Below the pieces are notes generated by a model. The model was given only the letters and a program-made list of their open reading frames with translations. It had not been told where the DNA came from and did not search any database. This document shows, in pieces, positions 10,746 through 21,776 of a stretch of DNA of 64,000 nucleotides (positions within the stretch are counted from its first letter, which is position 1; the number at the start of each line of letters is the position of its first letter). Made by a program: the position numbers and the translations under genes. The stretch is from an uncultured Methanosarcinales archaeon (GTDB taxonomy: Archaea > Halobacteriota > Methanosarcinia > Methanotrichales > Methanotrichaceae): positions 1 through 64,000 of the forward strand of contig CAWJKV010000011.1 in the NCBI GenBank assembly GCA_963843555.1. The letters run 5' to 3'.

Positions 10746-12349
10746 CGAATCAGTCTACGCAGATACTTTTGATTGAAGATAACCCGGGAGACGCACGCCT
10801 GATAAAAGAATTCCTGGGTGAGACCGGCGAGGTCTTTGAATTGGACTGGGTCGATAGTCTCTCTAAAGGGCTAGAGCATCTCGATGGAAAGGATGCCGTC
10901 CTCCTGGATCTAGCTCTTCCTGACAGCACAGGGCTTGATACATTCGAGAAGATACACCTGGAGGCGTCAGATCTCCCCATCATTGTTCTCACCGGCAACG
11001 ATGATGATACGCTGTCCTCTCTTGCTTTGCAGGAGGGGGCTCAGGACTATCTGGTAAAAGGCCAGGTGAGCGGCCAGATTCTTGCGCGCTCTATACGATA
11101 TGCCATCGAGCGCAACAGAATAGATAAAGAGCTTAAATCTGAGATTATAAAGCACAAGAAGCTTGAAGCCGATCTTATAATTGCCAAAGAGGCAGCAGAA
11201 GAGGCAGCCAGGGCCAAAGCGGAGTTCCTGGCCAATATGAGCCATGAGCTGCGCACACCCATGAACTCCATAATAGGCTTCACCAGCCTTCTCCTGGATG
11301 ATTCCCTGACTTCTGATCAGAAAGAGTTTCTGGAGGGCATCAGAAACGGTGGCGAGGCTCTCCTGGCCCTCATCAGCGACATTCTGGACTTCTCCCGGAT
11401 GGAGAAGGATAAGATGGAGCTGGAGCGCCAGCCATTCAGCCTCAGGCAATGCATCGAGGAGTCCCTGGACATGGTAGAGGTTCAAGCCGGTCAGAAAGGT
11501 TTGAGGCTCGATTACTGCATCGATAAGGAGACCCCGGACACCATAATTGAAGATCACGGCCGGCTCAGACAGGTACTGGTTAACCTGCTCAGCAATGCGG
11601 TGAAGTTCACGGACGAAGGAGAGGTTTCAGTATCCGTCTCATCGGAAGCGATCAAAGGAGAAATGCGCCAGATCCTCTTCGAAGTTAAGGACACAGGCAT
11701 CGGCATACCTCAGGACAAGATGGACAGGCTTTTCCAGCCCTTTGATCAGCTGGAACGCTCCATAAGCCAGAAGCGGGATGGCATCGGCCTGGGCCTTGCC
11801 ATTAGCCGCAGGCTTGTCGAACTCATGGATGGAGTGATCTGGGCAGAGAGCATTCCTGACCAGGGATCTGTCTTTTGCTTCACAATTCAGGCGGAAGGCA
11901 TTCCCGGCAAGCAACTGAATTTGGGAGAAGGGATGCAGGATGAGGCCATCCCGGGTTCCTCGGAGGAGAAGCCCTTGAGAATTCTCGTGGCTGAAGATAA
12001 TCCCTCCAACCAGAAAGTAATTCTGACAATGTTGAGACGGTTGGGCTATCGGCCAGAAGCAGTGGCAGATGGAAGAGAGGTACTTAGGGCACTCGAAATC
12101 CGGACTTACGACTTGATCCTTATGGATGTTAAGATGCCGGAGATGGACGGCCTTACAACCACACGAATGATACGCAGGCTTCAGCCAAAGAACGGACCCA
12201 AGATCGTAGCTATCACTGCCTACGGCCTAGATGGGGACCGTGTGAAGTGCATGGAAGCCGGCATGGATGACTACATAGCCAAGCCTGTGAAACTGAATGA
12301 ACTGGCAAAGGTGGTCAGCAAATATCAGGCATTTCAGGTTGACTTATAA
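10742..12349 (+). CDS. Hybrid histidine kinase (REC-HisKA-HATPase-REC)
   Basis: [15 protein letters not shown]-box; two receiver domains. Confidence 0.92.
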   Translation: MTNQSTQILLIEDNPGDARLIKEFLGETGEVFELDWVDSLSKGLEHLDGKDAVLLDLALPDSTGLDTFEKIHLEASDLPIIVLTGNDDDTLSSLALQEGAQDYLVKGQVSGQILARSIRYAIERNRIDKELKSEIIKHKKLEADLIIAKEAAEEAARAKAEFLANMSHELRTPMNSIIGFTSLLLDDSLTSDQKEFLEGIRNGGEALLALISDILDFSRMEKDKMELERQPFSLRQCIEESLDMVEVQAGQKGLRLDYCIDKETPDTIIEDHGRLRQVLVNLLSNAVKFTDEGEVSVSVSSEAIKGEMRQILFEVKDTGIGIPQDKMDRLFQPFDQLERSISQKRDGIGLGLAISRRLVELMDGVIWAESIPDQGSVFCFTIQAEGIPGKQLNLGEGMQDEAIPGSSEEKPLRILVAEDNPSNQKVILTMLRRLGYRPEAVADGREVLRALEIRTYDLILMDVKMPEMDGLTTTRMIRRLQPKNGPKIVAITAYGLDGDRVKCMEAGMDDYIAKPVKLNELAKVVSKYQAFQVDL

Positions 12350-12354
12350 GTGCG

Positions 12355-12807
12355 TCAGTGCTCTGCCGCTTTTCTTGCCTGCACCGCCAGTCCTCGCTTG
12401 ATCTGCAGCATCTCCTCCGGCGCGAGCACGGCCGTGCCTGTGGCCAGCAGCTGATCTTTGCCGTCCACAACCAGCACCTCTTCTCCAGCTCGAATCTCCG
12501 GGTCCAGGCTTACGACGTGCTTGGCAAAGACATTGCCTCCTTTGGCGACAAATGGGGCGGCATCGTCCGAGGCCACAACCCTGAGCCGCGGGCTCTCAAA
12601 TAAAGCATGCAATCTCAAAGCGCCCAGCATGCTGAGCGTCAAAAGGTTGTCACTCGCCCTGACTGTGGCGATCCTCTCCTTTCCAGAGTAGAGATATCTC
12701 AGCCGGCGCGTCTTGGAGAGGCTGTAGGTCGTGTCATCGGGAAAGAGGGCAAAACCCGCACCTCTGCCAAACTGGTAGTCGGCGATGATCCTGGCGCGCT
12801 TTAGCAT
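12355..12807 (-). CDS. PUA-domain RNA-binding protein (archaeosine tRNA-guanine transglycosylase C-terminal-like)
   Basis: ADYQFGRG, GGNVFAKHV, IRAGEEVLVV. Confidence 0.85.
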   Translation of the reverse strand: MLKRARIIADYQFGRGAGFALFPDDTTYSLSKTRRLRYLYSGKERIATVRASDNLLTLSMLGALRLHALFESPRLRVVASDDAAPFVAKGGNVFAKHVVSLDPEIRAGEEVLVVDGKDQLLATGTAVLAPEEMLQIKRGLAVQARKAAEH

Positions 12808-12938
12808 CTTTACACCAATTGAATGGAACTAATAAAGGGTTATGGTTAGGACTGCACAGTTCGGATGGACACCATAATCTATTTTGCCCTCCTCATTACA
12901 TCTCCTCCAATCTCGCTAATTCATACCGGTGATTTGAT

Positions 12939-14183
12939 TTGAAACCATTAAGTGTGGAAGATCCCAAAATCGCAGCCGCAATCCAGGCTGAGCTGGAGCG
13001 GCAGCGAAATAACATCATTCTGATTGCATCAGAGAACTTCGCGAGTAGAGCAGTTATGGAAGCCCAGGGCTGCATCATGACCAACAAGTATGCAGAAGGC
13101 TACCCTGGCAAACGCTACTACCGCGGCACTGGCTGCGTGGATGTGGCCGAGGAGCTGGCACGCGAGCGTTGCAAGAAACTCTTTGGCGCAGAACATGTGA
13201 ATGTCCAGCCGCATAGCGGCACCCAGGCAAACATGGCCGCCTATTTCGCTGTGCTGAAGGTCGGCGATACCATCATGGGCATGAACCTCGCCCATGGCGG
13301 CCACCTCTCTCACGGTAGCCCTGTCAACTTCTCTGGAAAGATGTACAAGATCGTGCCCTATAGCGTTTCAAGGGATACAGAGATGCTGGACTACTCCGAG
13401 ATGGCGGATATTGCCAGAAAGAACAGGCCCCAGCTCATTGTGGTCGGCGCTTCCAGCTATCCCAGAACTATCGACTTCAAAGTCGTCCGCGAGATTGCCG
13501 ATGAGGTAGGGGCGAAAGTTATGGCTGATATCGCCCATATTGCGGGCCTCTGTGCGGTGGGAGCACATCCCTCTCCCGTGCCTTATTCGGATATCATAAC
13601 GACCACCACTCATAAGACCCTGCGCGGGCCGAGAGGCGCTCTGATCATGTGCAAAGAAGAGCTCGCCTCAGCCATTGACCGCTCCGTATTCCCGGGAACG
13701 CAGGGCGGGCCTTTTATGCATGCCATAGCCGCGAAAGCCGTGGCCTTCAAGGAGGCTCTGGCTCCGGAGTTCAAAGATTATCAGTTCCAGGTGGTCAAGA
13801 ATGCCGCCGTTTTGGCGAAGAGGTTGCTGGAAAATAAGTTCGAGCTGGTCTCGGGCGGCACGGACAATCATCTCATGATGGTCAAGCTGCTCAAAGAAGG
13901 CATCACCGGAAAGGTTGCTGATGAGACTCTGGAGAGGGCAGGAATCACTCTCAATAAGAATATGATTCCCTTCGATCCGGCCACGCCTTTTGTCACCAGC
14001 GGCATTCGCATCGGCACTCCCGCCATGACCACCAGAGGCATGCAAGAGCGGCAGATGGTCCAGATTGCCGATATGATCACGACCGTGCTCCGCGACATCG
14101 AGAATGAGGATACAATATCAGCGGTGCGCTCAGAGGCCAGGGAGCTGTGCGATCAGTTCCCGCTCTATACTGATATGGTGTGA
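12939..14183 (+). CDS. glyA: Serine hydroxymethyltransferase
   Basis: [33 protein letters not shown]. Confidence 0.97.
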   Translation: MKPLSVEDPKIAAAIQAELERQRNNIILIASENFASRAVMEAQGCIMTNKYAEGYPGKRYYRGTGCVDVAEELARERCKKLFGAEHVNVQPHSGTQANMAAYFAVLKVGDTIMGMNLAHGGHLSHGSPVNFSGKMYKIVPYSVSRDTEMLDYSEMADIARKNRPQLIVVGASSYPRTIDFKVVREIADEVGAKVMADIAHIAGLCAVGAHPSPVPYSDIITTTTHKTLRGPRGALIMCKEELASAIDRSVFPGTQGGPFMHAIAAKAVAFKEALAPEFKDYQFQVVKNAAVLAKRLLENKFELVSGGTDNHLMMVKLLKEGITGKVADETLERAGITLNKNMIPFDPATPFVTSGIRIGTPAMTTRGMQERQMVQIADMITTVLRDIENEDTISAVRSEARELCDQFPLYTDMV

Positions 14184-15050
14184 TTGGGCTGACAACGATA
14201 ATTGATGGCAAAGCCCTGGCAGCAGATGTCGAAGCCGAGACGCGGGCGAGAACAAAGATGCTGGCCGGACGGGGAATTGTGCCGGGTCTGGCGACGGTTC
14301 TGGTAGGAGAGAATCCGGCTTCGCAGATGTACATCCGGCTCAAGCATTCCGCCTGTTCCCGGGTGGGTATCCGCTCTGAGAATGTAGCCTTACCCGCAGA
14401 CAGCACAGAAGAGGAGCTCATCGCCAGGATCGAGGAGCTCAACTCAAGGCCGGACATAAACGGCATACTCCTGCAGCTACCTCTGCCTCGGGGCTTAAGC
14501 CCGGCAAAGGCCATGATGACCATTCGACCGGATAAGGATGTGGACGGATTTCATCCCCAGAACATGGGGGCTCTCTTGCTTGGCGCAGAGCGGCTGGTGC
14601 CCTGTACCCCTCTGGGCATCATCTATGCCCTGGAGAGGCTGGGCAAGAAGCTGGAGGGAGCGGAAGCGGTGATTGTGGGTCACAGCAATGTGGTGGGCAA
14701 ACCTCTGGCGGCTATGATGCTCAATCGCAATGCTACAGTGCAGGTCTGTCATGTCTTCACCAGGGATCTCAGCAGAGCACACGCGCGATGCAGAGATATT
14801 GGTGGTGGCGGCAGGAGTTCCGGGGCTCATCAAGAAGGAGATGGTAAAATCCGGGGCTTATGTCTTCGATGTGGGCATCAACCGCGTGGGAGATAAGACC
14901 GTGGGCGATGTGGACTTCGAACCGGGTATGGATGTGGCTGGCGCCATAACGCCCGTTCCAGGAGGAGTCGGGCCGCTCACTGTGGCCATGCTGCTTCGCC
15001 AGACGCTGCAGGCGACTGAGAACCAGAACCAGACCGGTTCATCGGAGTAG
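14180..15050 (+). CDS. folD: Bifunctional methylenetetrahydrofolate dehydrogenase/cyclohydrolase (one frameshift near 14775)
   Basis: [30 protein letters not shown] continues in a shifted frame. Confidence 0.93.
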
Positions 15051-15076
15051 GAATAGCAGATGCAGAAGGCTTTGTT

Positions 15077-15673
15077 ATGTCCCTGGTCATAGCACTGGCA
15101 GGAAGCCGGGAGGCCGTAATCGGAGGCGACCAGCGCTGCATCACTTTTTTGGGCAGCTGCACCCAGCTGGAAGAGGAGCTCTACAGCGGCCGGATCAAGA
15201 ACGACGAGGCGCTGCTGGCCAGAGCCAGAGAGCTCGGAGCCACGCTGCAGGTCTCTGACGGCAGGGTGAAGGTCTGGAGGCGCGGGGATTTGCTGGTGGG
15301 TGAAGTTACAGAGCTGTCCAGCCGGCTGGAGCGGCGCAGGAGGATCTATCTTGCTCCCGGAGCCAGACTGGAGGCGGATATCTGCGGCTGTGAAGCGAGA
15401 ATCAGAGCCCGAGGCGGCGTGGGATGCGTGGTCTTTGGAAACCGGTTCACACAAGAGCTTGCCGGATCCACTGTTGCCCGCGCTGGAGGAAGAGTGAATG
15501 AGGACTTGATCAGGAGCATCTTTGTCGAGGCAGGAGAGAGGACAGCATCTGTCAGTCAACAGCACATAATTTTGAAGAGCAGTAATGTGCCTGCCGATCC
15601 CGGGGCTGCTCTGCAAAGAGCGCTGGAGGAGGACTGCCAGACCAGCGGCTGGATATTATGCGATCCGCAGTGA
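15077..15673 (+). CDS. DUF2121 / connectase (proteasome beta-like Ntn fold)
   Basis: N-terminal M-SLVIA...GGDQR; LEEELYSG; VGEV; RRRIY; FGNRFT; TASVS all match the MJ0548 family. Confidence 0.85.
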   Translation: MSLVIALAGSREAVIGGDQRCITFLGSCTQLEEELYSGRIKNDEALLARARELGATLQVSDGRVKVWRRGDLLVGEVTELSSRLERRRRIYLAPGARLEADICGCEARIRARGGVGCVVFGNRFTQELAGSTVARAGGRVNEDLIRSIFVEAGERTASVSQQHIILKSSNVPADPGAALQRALEEDCQTSGWILCDPQ

Positions 15674-16380
15674 TACTGGCCGGGGGCAATAGCCTTCGCC
15701 TCGGCGTGGAAAAGTCGCTACTGATGTTTGAAGACAGGCCGCTCATCTGCTGGACTCTTGAGACGCTCTTTCAGGCGGCTGATGAAGTGATAATAGTTGC
15801 CCGAGACAAGGGGCATGCCGAGCGCCTGGAGAAGATCATCTCTGCAACAAAAGCAGATGCAGGATTGCAGCCTTCTCCAAAAGCTGTCTTCACCTGGGAC
15901 AGCGTTCCAGGCTTTGGGCCGGTGGCAGGCCTGGAAGCGGGCATGAGCCGGGCGAGAGGCAAATTAGCTTTTGCCACAGGATGTGATTTGCCGTTCTTGA
16001 AACTGGAAGTGATCAATAGGCTCTATGAGCTGAATGATGAAAAGGAAGGCTATGAAGCCGCAGTTCCCGTGCACCCCAATGGATTTTTCGAGCCGCTTCA
16101 CTCAGTTTATAGCCGGGAGAAGATGCGGTCTGCCTGCCGTAGGGCACTGGAAAAAGGTGAAAGGAAAATTCATGTTCCCCTGCAGGAGCTGTGCGTCAAT
16201 CGCGTCTCCATTGATCTCTTTCGGCCACTCGACCCGGAGCTATTCAGCTTCTTCAATCTGAATACGAGAGCTGACCTGGAAAAAGCCCGGGCACTCTGGC
16301 AGGATCAAAGGCAAATGGGCTTTCCAAGCCCCATGAGGAGCGCCCAGGGCCCACGAAGCGGAAACCCAAACCCGCACTAG
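15658..16380 (+). CDS. mobA: Molybdenum cofactor guanylyltransferase
   Basis: AVILAGGNSLRLGVEK, GPVAGL, CDLPFL, EPLHSVY, FFNLNT. Confidence 0.9.
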   Translation: MRSAVILAGGNSLRLGVEKSLLMFEDRPLICWTLETLFQAADEVIIVARDKGHAERLEKIISATKADAGLQPSPKAVFTWDSVPGFGPVAGLEAGMSRARGKLAFATGCDLPFLKLEVINRLYELNDEKEGYEAAVPVHPNGFFEPLHSVYSREKMRSACRRALEKGERKIHVPLQELCVNRVSIDLFRPLDPELFSFFNLNTRADLEKARALWQDQRQMGFPSPMRSAQGPRSGNPNPH

Positions 16381-16428
16381 ATGCAGTCTGCAATGCAATC
16401 TACAGTGCAATCTACAATGCAATCTGCG
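16381..16428 (+). repeat. Four tandem 12-bp units (RTGCARTCTRCR)
   Basis: atgcagtctgca/atgcaatctaca/gtgcaatctaca/atgcaatctgcg. Confidence 0.8.
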
Positions 16429-16457
16429 GCCCCTTGTGGCTGCAATCTTATTCGTGT

Positions 16458-16604
16458 TCAAGCGTAGCGTTTCAGAACCAGATAAATTATGTAGACTATC
16501 ACTACGAAGAGCGCAACCCGCATTAGCCACCAGAATGCATTCCAGAGGATAAGGGCCACAAGAATGGCCATCAGTATCAGCATTAGATTCTTCTCGCGGC
16601 TCAT
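16458..16604 (-). CDS. Small hydrophobic protein (48 aa)
   Basis: Two TM-like stretches. Confidence 0.5.
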   Translation of the reverse strand: MSREKNLMLILMAILVALILWNAFWWLMRVALFVVIVYIIYLVLKRYA

Positions 16605-16749
16605 TGCAGGCTGCGGAAGACTGAAAAACCGACTATGCATTGCAGCCCATAAGTGCAATTGGTATTAATCGCTTTTCCTATCCAGCAGACTTTTCGGAAC
16701 CAAAAGCATTATACATCCTCATTCCTCTTCAGGGGCAGGTGAATTTCCT

Positions 16750-17721
16750 TTGGATAAGCTTGAGCTTGTGATGAGAAATACGGAAGAGATAGTTACAGTG
16801 GATGAACTCAAGGGTTTGCTGGAAAGGACCCAGCGCCCCCGGGCTTATGTGGGTTATGAGACCAGCGGCAAGGTCCATCTGGGCCACATGCTGACCGCCA
16901 ACAAGCTCCTGGACCTGCAGAAGTCGGGATTTGATGTGGTCGTCCTTTTGGCCGATCTGCATGCCTTCCTCAATGAGAAGGGAACTCTGGAAGAGGTACG
17001 CAAGACTGCAGACTACAACCGGGACTGCTTCATGGCTCTGGGGCTGGACCCGGAGAGGACGGAGTTCGTTTACGGCACAGACTATCAGCTCAAGCCTGAA
17101 TATATGCTCAAGATTCTGCAGATGGCCAGGAACACCACCCTCAACAGAGCCAGGCGGAGCATGGATGAGGTCAGCAGAAACGCTGAGAACCCCATGGTCT
17201 CGCAGATGATCTACCCGCTCATGCAGGCCATCGACATTGCCGACCTCAAAATCGACCTGGCTGTAGGCGGCATAGACCAGCGCAAGATCCACATGCTGGC
17301 CCGGGAGGAGCTGCCGCGCCTGGGGCTGCCTGCGCCGGTGTGCATGCATACGCCCCTCATTCCGGGTTTGAACGGCGAGAAGATGTCTTCCTCCAAGGGA
17401 AACAACATCGCTGTGGACGAGCCGGCAGAGGATGTGGAGAAGAAGATCAAGAGCGCCTTTTGCCCGGCCAAGGTAGTGGAGAACAACCCCGTGCTGGCCA
17501 TATGCAAGTACCACGTCTTCCCCAGGATTGAGGCAGGGATGACGATCAAGCGGCCGGAGAAGTTCGGCGGGGATGTGCACTATGAGAATTACGAGAAGCT
17601 GGAGGCGGATTTCGTCTCCGGGGCTATGCACCCGATGGACCTCAAGAAGGCCTGCGCAGAGTGCATGAACGAGATACTGGCGCCGGTGAGGGAGAAGATG
17701 AAAACAGGCCAAGGCTGTTGA
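16750..17721 (+). CDS. tyrS: Tyrosyl-tRNA synthetase (archaeal type)
   Basis: YVGYETSGKVHLGH (HIGH), KMSSS (KMSKS), GGIDQRKIHM. Confidence 0.97.
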   Translation: MDKLELVMRNTEEIVTVDELKGLLERTQRPRAYVGYETSGKVHLGHMLTANKLLDLQKSGFDVVVLLADLHAFLNEKGTLEEVRKTADYNRDCFMALGLDPERTEFVYGTDYQLKPEYMLKILQMARNTTLNRARRSMDEVSRNAENPMVSQMIYPLMQAIDIADLKIDLAVGGIDQRKIHMLAREELPRLGLPAPVCMHTPLIPGLNGEKMSSSKGNNIAVDEPAEDVEKKIKSAFCPAKVVENNPVLAICKYHVFPRIEAGMTIKRPEKFGGDVHYENYEKLEADFVSGAMHPMDLKKACAECMNEILAPVREKMKTGQGC

Positions 17722-17722
17722 G

Positions 17723-20217
17723 ATGAATTTTCTGAACAAAGAGGGGATACCTGAATCAGTAGATGTCGAAGCGATACTTAAGGGTTTAAACATAGCGATA
17801 GAAGAGGATATTGATTTTCTATTCAAAATAGGAGATCTATTTGTTCAAAAGAAGCGCTTTACGAGTGCGAGACGGATATTTCATAAAATCACTGAATTAA
17901 GACCCGAGTCTAGTATTGCTTGGTTTAAAGAAGGCAATGTACTAGACGAGATTTGAAAGATTTGATGACGCAATTTTTTGCTTCGATAAAGCCATAGAGA
18001 TAAACAGAAACTTTTTCGAAGCCTACTCGAATAAAGGAATTACTCTTGCGAAGATGAAGAATTATGAAGATGCATTAAGATGTTATAATAAAGCCACAAG
18101 ACTAAATGAGAATAGTCCTCTTGTATTGTATAACAAAGGCAAAGTATTTAGCGAATTATGTAAATATAGCGAAGCAATAAAATTTTTTGAGAGAGCCATA
18201 GAATTAAGTGATATAAAGTCAGAAGTTTATTTAGAATCACTGTTGTCAATGGGTTTTGTGCTCTCGAGAATCGGAAAATATGATGAAGCTATAGATTCCA
18301 ATGATAGAGCACTCAGAATATATCCCACGAATTGGAGATTATGGACTAATCAGGGAATAGCATTTGGAAAACTAAAGAGATATAACGAAGAAATCAGATG
18401 CTACAATAGAGCGCTTAGAGTAGATAAAAAACTGTTAGCACCTTTATATAACAAAGGAATCGCACTTACAAATTTAGGGAAATTATTTAGAGCTACAAAC
18501 TTTAGAAAATCGCACAAATATTTTAATGTTGCATATAAGTTTCTGACCGAGCTCTAGAATTGAATCCCAATAGTACAAGTGTGCAGCTCAGCATGGGCGT
18601 AATATTAGGTGAGCTCGATAGATTTGATGATGCATTGGAATGCTGTAATAAGGTAATTAGCAAAAATGAGAATTTCCCAGAAGCATATGGGAACAAAGGT
18701 ATCCTTTTTTTAAATGCCCCATAAATATGTTGAGGCTGAACGGGAATTACAGGTAGCTAGTGAGCTTTTTTTAAAAATGGATAGAAAAAATGATGCAAAA
18801 ATAGCAAGTGATTACGCTTCTTCTTGCAGTAAATGCCAACGATTTAATTTGCCAGATGAAACCAATTGATGAACAATTCTTGAGCTGCCTAAATAGTCAA
18901 AGTTTGGCAAAACTAAAAGAAGATATTTCATACGTTTCCAAGCGCATGACTGAAGTAACTAACGATTTTACAAAGAGGAAGTTACCAGGTGATGCCAAAA
19001 AGCTTCTATTTTGCAAAGAGGTGTGTATAAATACGCTATTGAATGCGATAAATTTTCAAGAAATAGATTTTAAACGGCTGGATGAAAGCAAATTGGTATT
19101 TGAAAAATGGGATTTGTATGACTATATCATTGCGGTTAATTCCCTCGATTCATTTATTCGCTATTCACATAAAATTTTTTAAAAAATTTGATAGCATTCC
19201 GAGCGAAGAAGAACCCGTTGTATTATCATTATTGAGGAAGATATATGTATTAGATGGTAATCTTACAAAGATATTTCTGATAAATTCAAGGGCGAATCCT
19301 ATGTCCCAAGGCCAATAGAATTAAACGGTCCAAAAATAATTGAGATCCCAATACCCTATGATATCAAAAATAAGTTTATAAAAATAGGTTTAGTTCAGTT
19401 AAAATTTGCATTAACAAAAACGTATCCATATGAATTAGAAAATAAAGAAATAGTAAAAGACAAAATATTCAGTGCTTTAAAGATTGCGGATAGTGAAGAC
19501 ATAGACATATTATGTTTTCCTGAATTATGTTTTTCTGAAGAATTCATAGAAGAAGCAAGGAAGTATAAGAATCGGATAATTATTGGAGGTACTTTCTACA
19601 GAGATGATTTTAATATTTGTCCAGTTCTGATGGGCGGTGAGGAATATGATGTGTTAAAGATAAACCCATCTCCATATTTTGAAACTGAATTGATTTCAGG
19701 AAAAGGAATGAAATCTGGCAATGACATCAAAATATTCTTTTCGACGAAGAGAGAGTTCAAATTTGCAGTATTAATATGTTGGGACTATATAAAAGAGAGC
19801 AATAGATTATATTTATCTGGCAACGGAGAAAAGCCTATTAATTTGATTATAAATCCACAATATAATTCCGATAAAGATCGATTTCAAAGAAAAGCGGATA
19901 CCGATTGCGAAAATTATCACACAGATATAATACAGATAAACGCATACAAATTTGGTGGTAGCTGCATTTTTGGAATCGAAAATAAAAATGTAATTGATAG
20001 ATTAAAATCAGCTGGATGCAGACAAGAAGATGGTTTTGTCTACAAACTTTGCGAAGCTAGCGGAGAAATGATGATTTTTTCTGACTTAGATCTTGCAGGT
20101 ATCGAAGTTCCATCATCTGTGGACTCCAAACCAAGGATCAAAATCAGGGGATGCTATATATACGAAAAGGATTCTTGGCAAAAAAAAGAAAGCCCATGGT
20201 GGATAGAATCATCATAA
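17723..20217 (+). CDS. Low-GC TPR-repeat plus nitrilase/carbon-nitrogen hydrolase domain protein, split by several frameshifts
   Basis: TPR repeats across 17723-18800; open frame 19261-20217 with IGLVQ, CFPEL, KINPS, VLICWDY (Glu-Lys-Cys triad). Confidence 0.7.
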
Positions 20218-20344
20218 AAAGCCTGTAGATTCACCGGTGCTTAGTCCAACTCGGATGTCCTGCACTTTCAAACTTTTAGAAGATTTTATAATTTCTCTCA
20301 ACTAAATTGAATTATAGATTTAGAAAATAAAATTAAAGAGAAGG

Positions 20345-20612
20345 ACAAAGACAAAGACTGCTATTTTGCGTTCTCTCCTGAGCTGTAGGGCTGCTACTCA
20401 GAGGGTGATACCTAGGAAGAAACCCTGGAAATATCAGGGATAGCCATCCGTCTACATGTAGAGGATCGACTGGAAAGCGGCGAAGAAGTCCCTCAGATGG
20501 AATCCGTCAGCTTGACTTCCCTGGATGTTGCTTTATGACGGATAGGCTTCTCAGGATAGATGCTGCTGATGCCATCCAGGTGCTGGAAAGGCAGGATTCT
20601 TTCTGGCTCGCC
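20345..20612 (+). pseudogene. Degenerate hicB-hicA copy
   Basis: Near-copy of ~28460-28730 with in-frame TAGs and indels. Confidence 0.75.
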
Positions 20613-20713
20613 AGACTTGAAGAATTTCTTGAATTGATGGAATAGCAGAATCATCTATCAGGCTTCAGTGGTATTCTGAACCGCCCGATTGAGGGCACAG
20701 CCACCTGATTACG

Positions 20714-20930
20714 CCACACATGCGAGCGCACGGGCGAGGGCAGGCGCATATGTGCGGGCGGGCCCGGGGACGAGCGGCCCCGCGTCCGAAGGCAGCGCAC
20801 GAGAATGCGAAGCGAGACCGGAAGGACGGCCTTAGCCAGGCAGCCAGTACGAAGCTGACAGCGCAAAAAGACATGCCATCACTTTCGCCCCGGTCACTAC
20901 AAAAAGACTTATATTTAAAGGTTTGATTGT
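20714..20930 (+). repeat. Family-A cassette-boundary repeat, copy 1 (long form with TATA box)
   Basis: gcgagcgcacgggcg...cgagcggccccgcgtccgaaggcagcgcacgaga...gagaccggaaggacgg...catgccatcactttcgccccgg...ttatatttaaag. Confidence 0.9.
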
Positions 20931-20951
20931 ATCACTGCGAGGCGACATGAT

Positions 20952-21776
20952 ATGCTGACAGGTGGAGAAAAGGGCATTCTCTTTCTTTTAATGAATAATA
21001 AAAGTAAAATGTCAAAGCTTCGCCTGGTCAAGCTCATGTTCTTGGTCTCAAATAGAATACCGCTTTATTACTTTGTCCCATACAAATACGGGCCGTTCTC
21101 CTTTCAGCTTTATCATGACCTATCACGTTTAGAAAGAGACGGTTTTGTATCTATTGATGACGATTCTGTGCATTTGGTGAAGACCGATCTTCCCTCGGTC
21201 GATCCCAAGATAAAAAACATAGTTCGCATGAACTCGGAGAGGTTTTCTGCCCTCGATGATAAAATGCTGCTTGATTATATTTATGAGGAGCACCCCGAGT
21301 ACACAATATTCAGCCAATACATGAAAAAAATGGATTACGACCGGAATTCATCAGGCATTGTAACCATAGGCTACGAGGGAAAGACGATCGATAAATTCCT
21401 TTATGAGCTGATAAAAAATAAAATAGGCATAGTTGCAGATGTTAGAAAAAATGCCTACAGCATGAAATTTGGATTTCAGCGAAATAAATTAGAAAGCTAC
21501 TTGGAGAAAATCGGCATCGATTACATCCATATGCCTGAGCTAGGAATTCCCAGCAGTTCACGCAAGGATCTCAATACTTATGAGGACTATCAAGCCCTCT
21601 TTGCCGGCTACAGACAGGACATTGAGACGAAACTTGACTGCCTGGAAAGAATTAAATCAATCAGCCAAAATAAAAAAGTATCGTTGATGTGCTTTGAGAA
21701 AGATGTTAAGTACTGCCATAGAGGGGTAATTGCAGAACGACTCAGGGAAAGCGGAGTCGAGGTAATCGACCTATGA
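20952..21776 (+). CDS. Protein with an N-terminal Panacea/DUF4065-like domain and a C-terminal DUF488 domain
   Basis: KLMFL...YKYGPFS; TIGYEG, DVR, ELGIP, LMCFE...CHR. Confidence 0.8.
   Translation: MLTGGEKGILFLLMNNKSKMSKLRLVKLMFLVSNRIPLYYFVPYKYGPFSFQLYHDLSRLERDGFVSIDDDSVHLVKTDLPSVDPKIKNIVRMNSERFSALDDKMLLDYIYEEHPEYTIFSQYMKKMDYDRNSSGIVTIGYEGKTIDKFLYELIKNKIGIVADVRKNAYSMKFGFQRNKLESYLEKIGIDYIHMPELGIPSSSRKDLNTYEDYQALFAGYRQDIETKLDCLERIKSISQNKKVSLMCFEKDVKYCHRGVIAERLRESGVEVIDL

Noticed and set aside
16729..17826. Long antisense ORFs (e.g. opposite tyrS, nifK and the kinases)
   Set aside because: Shadow frames of GC3-rich genes with no recognisable motifs.
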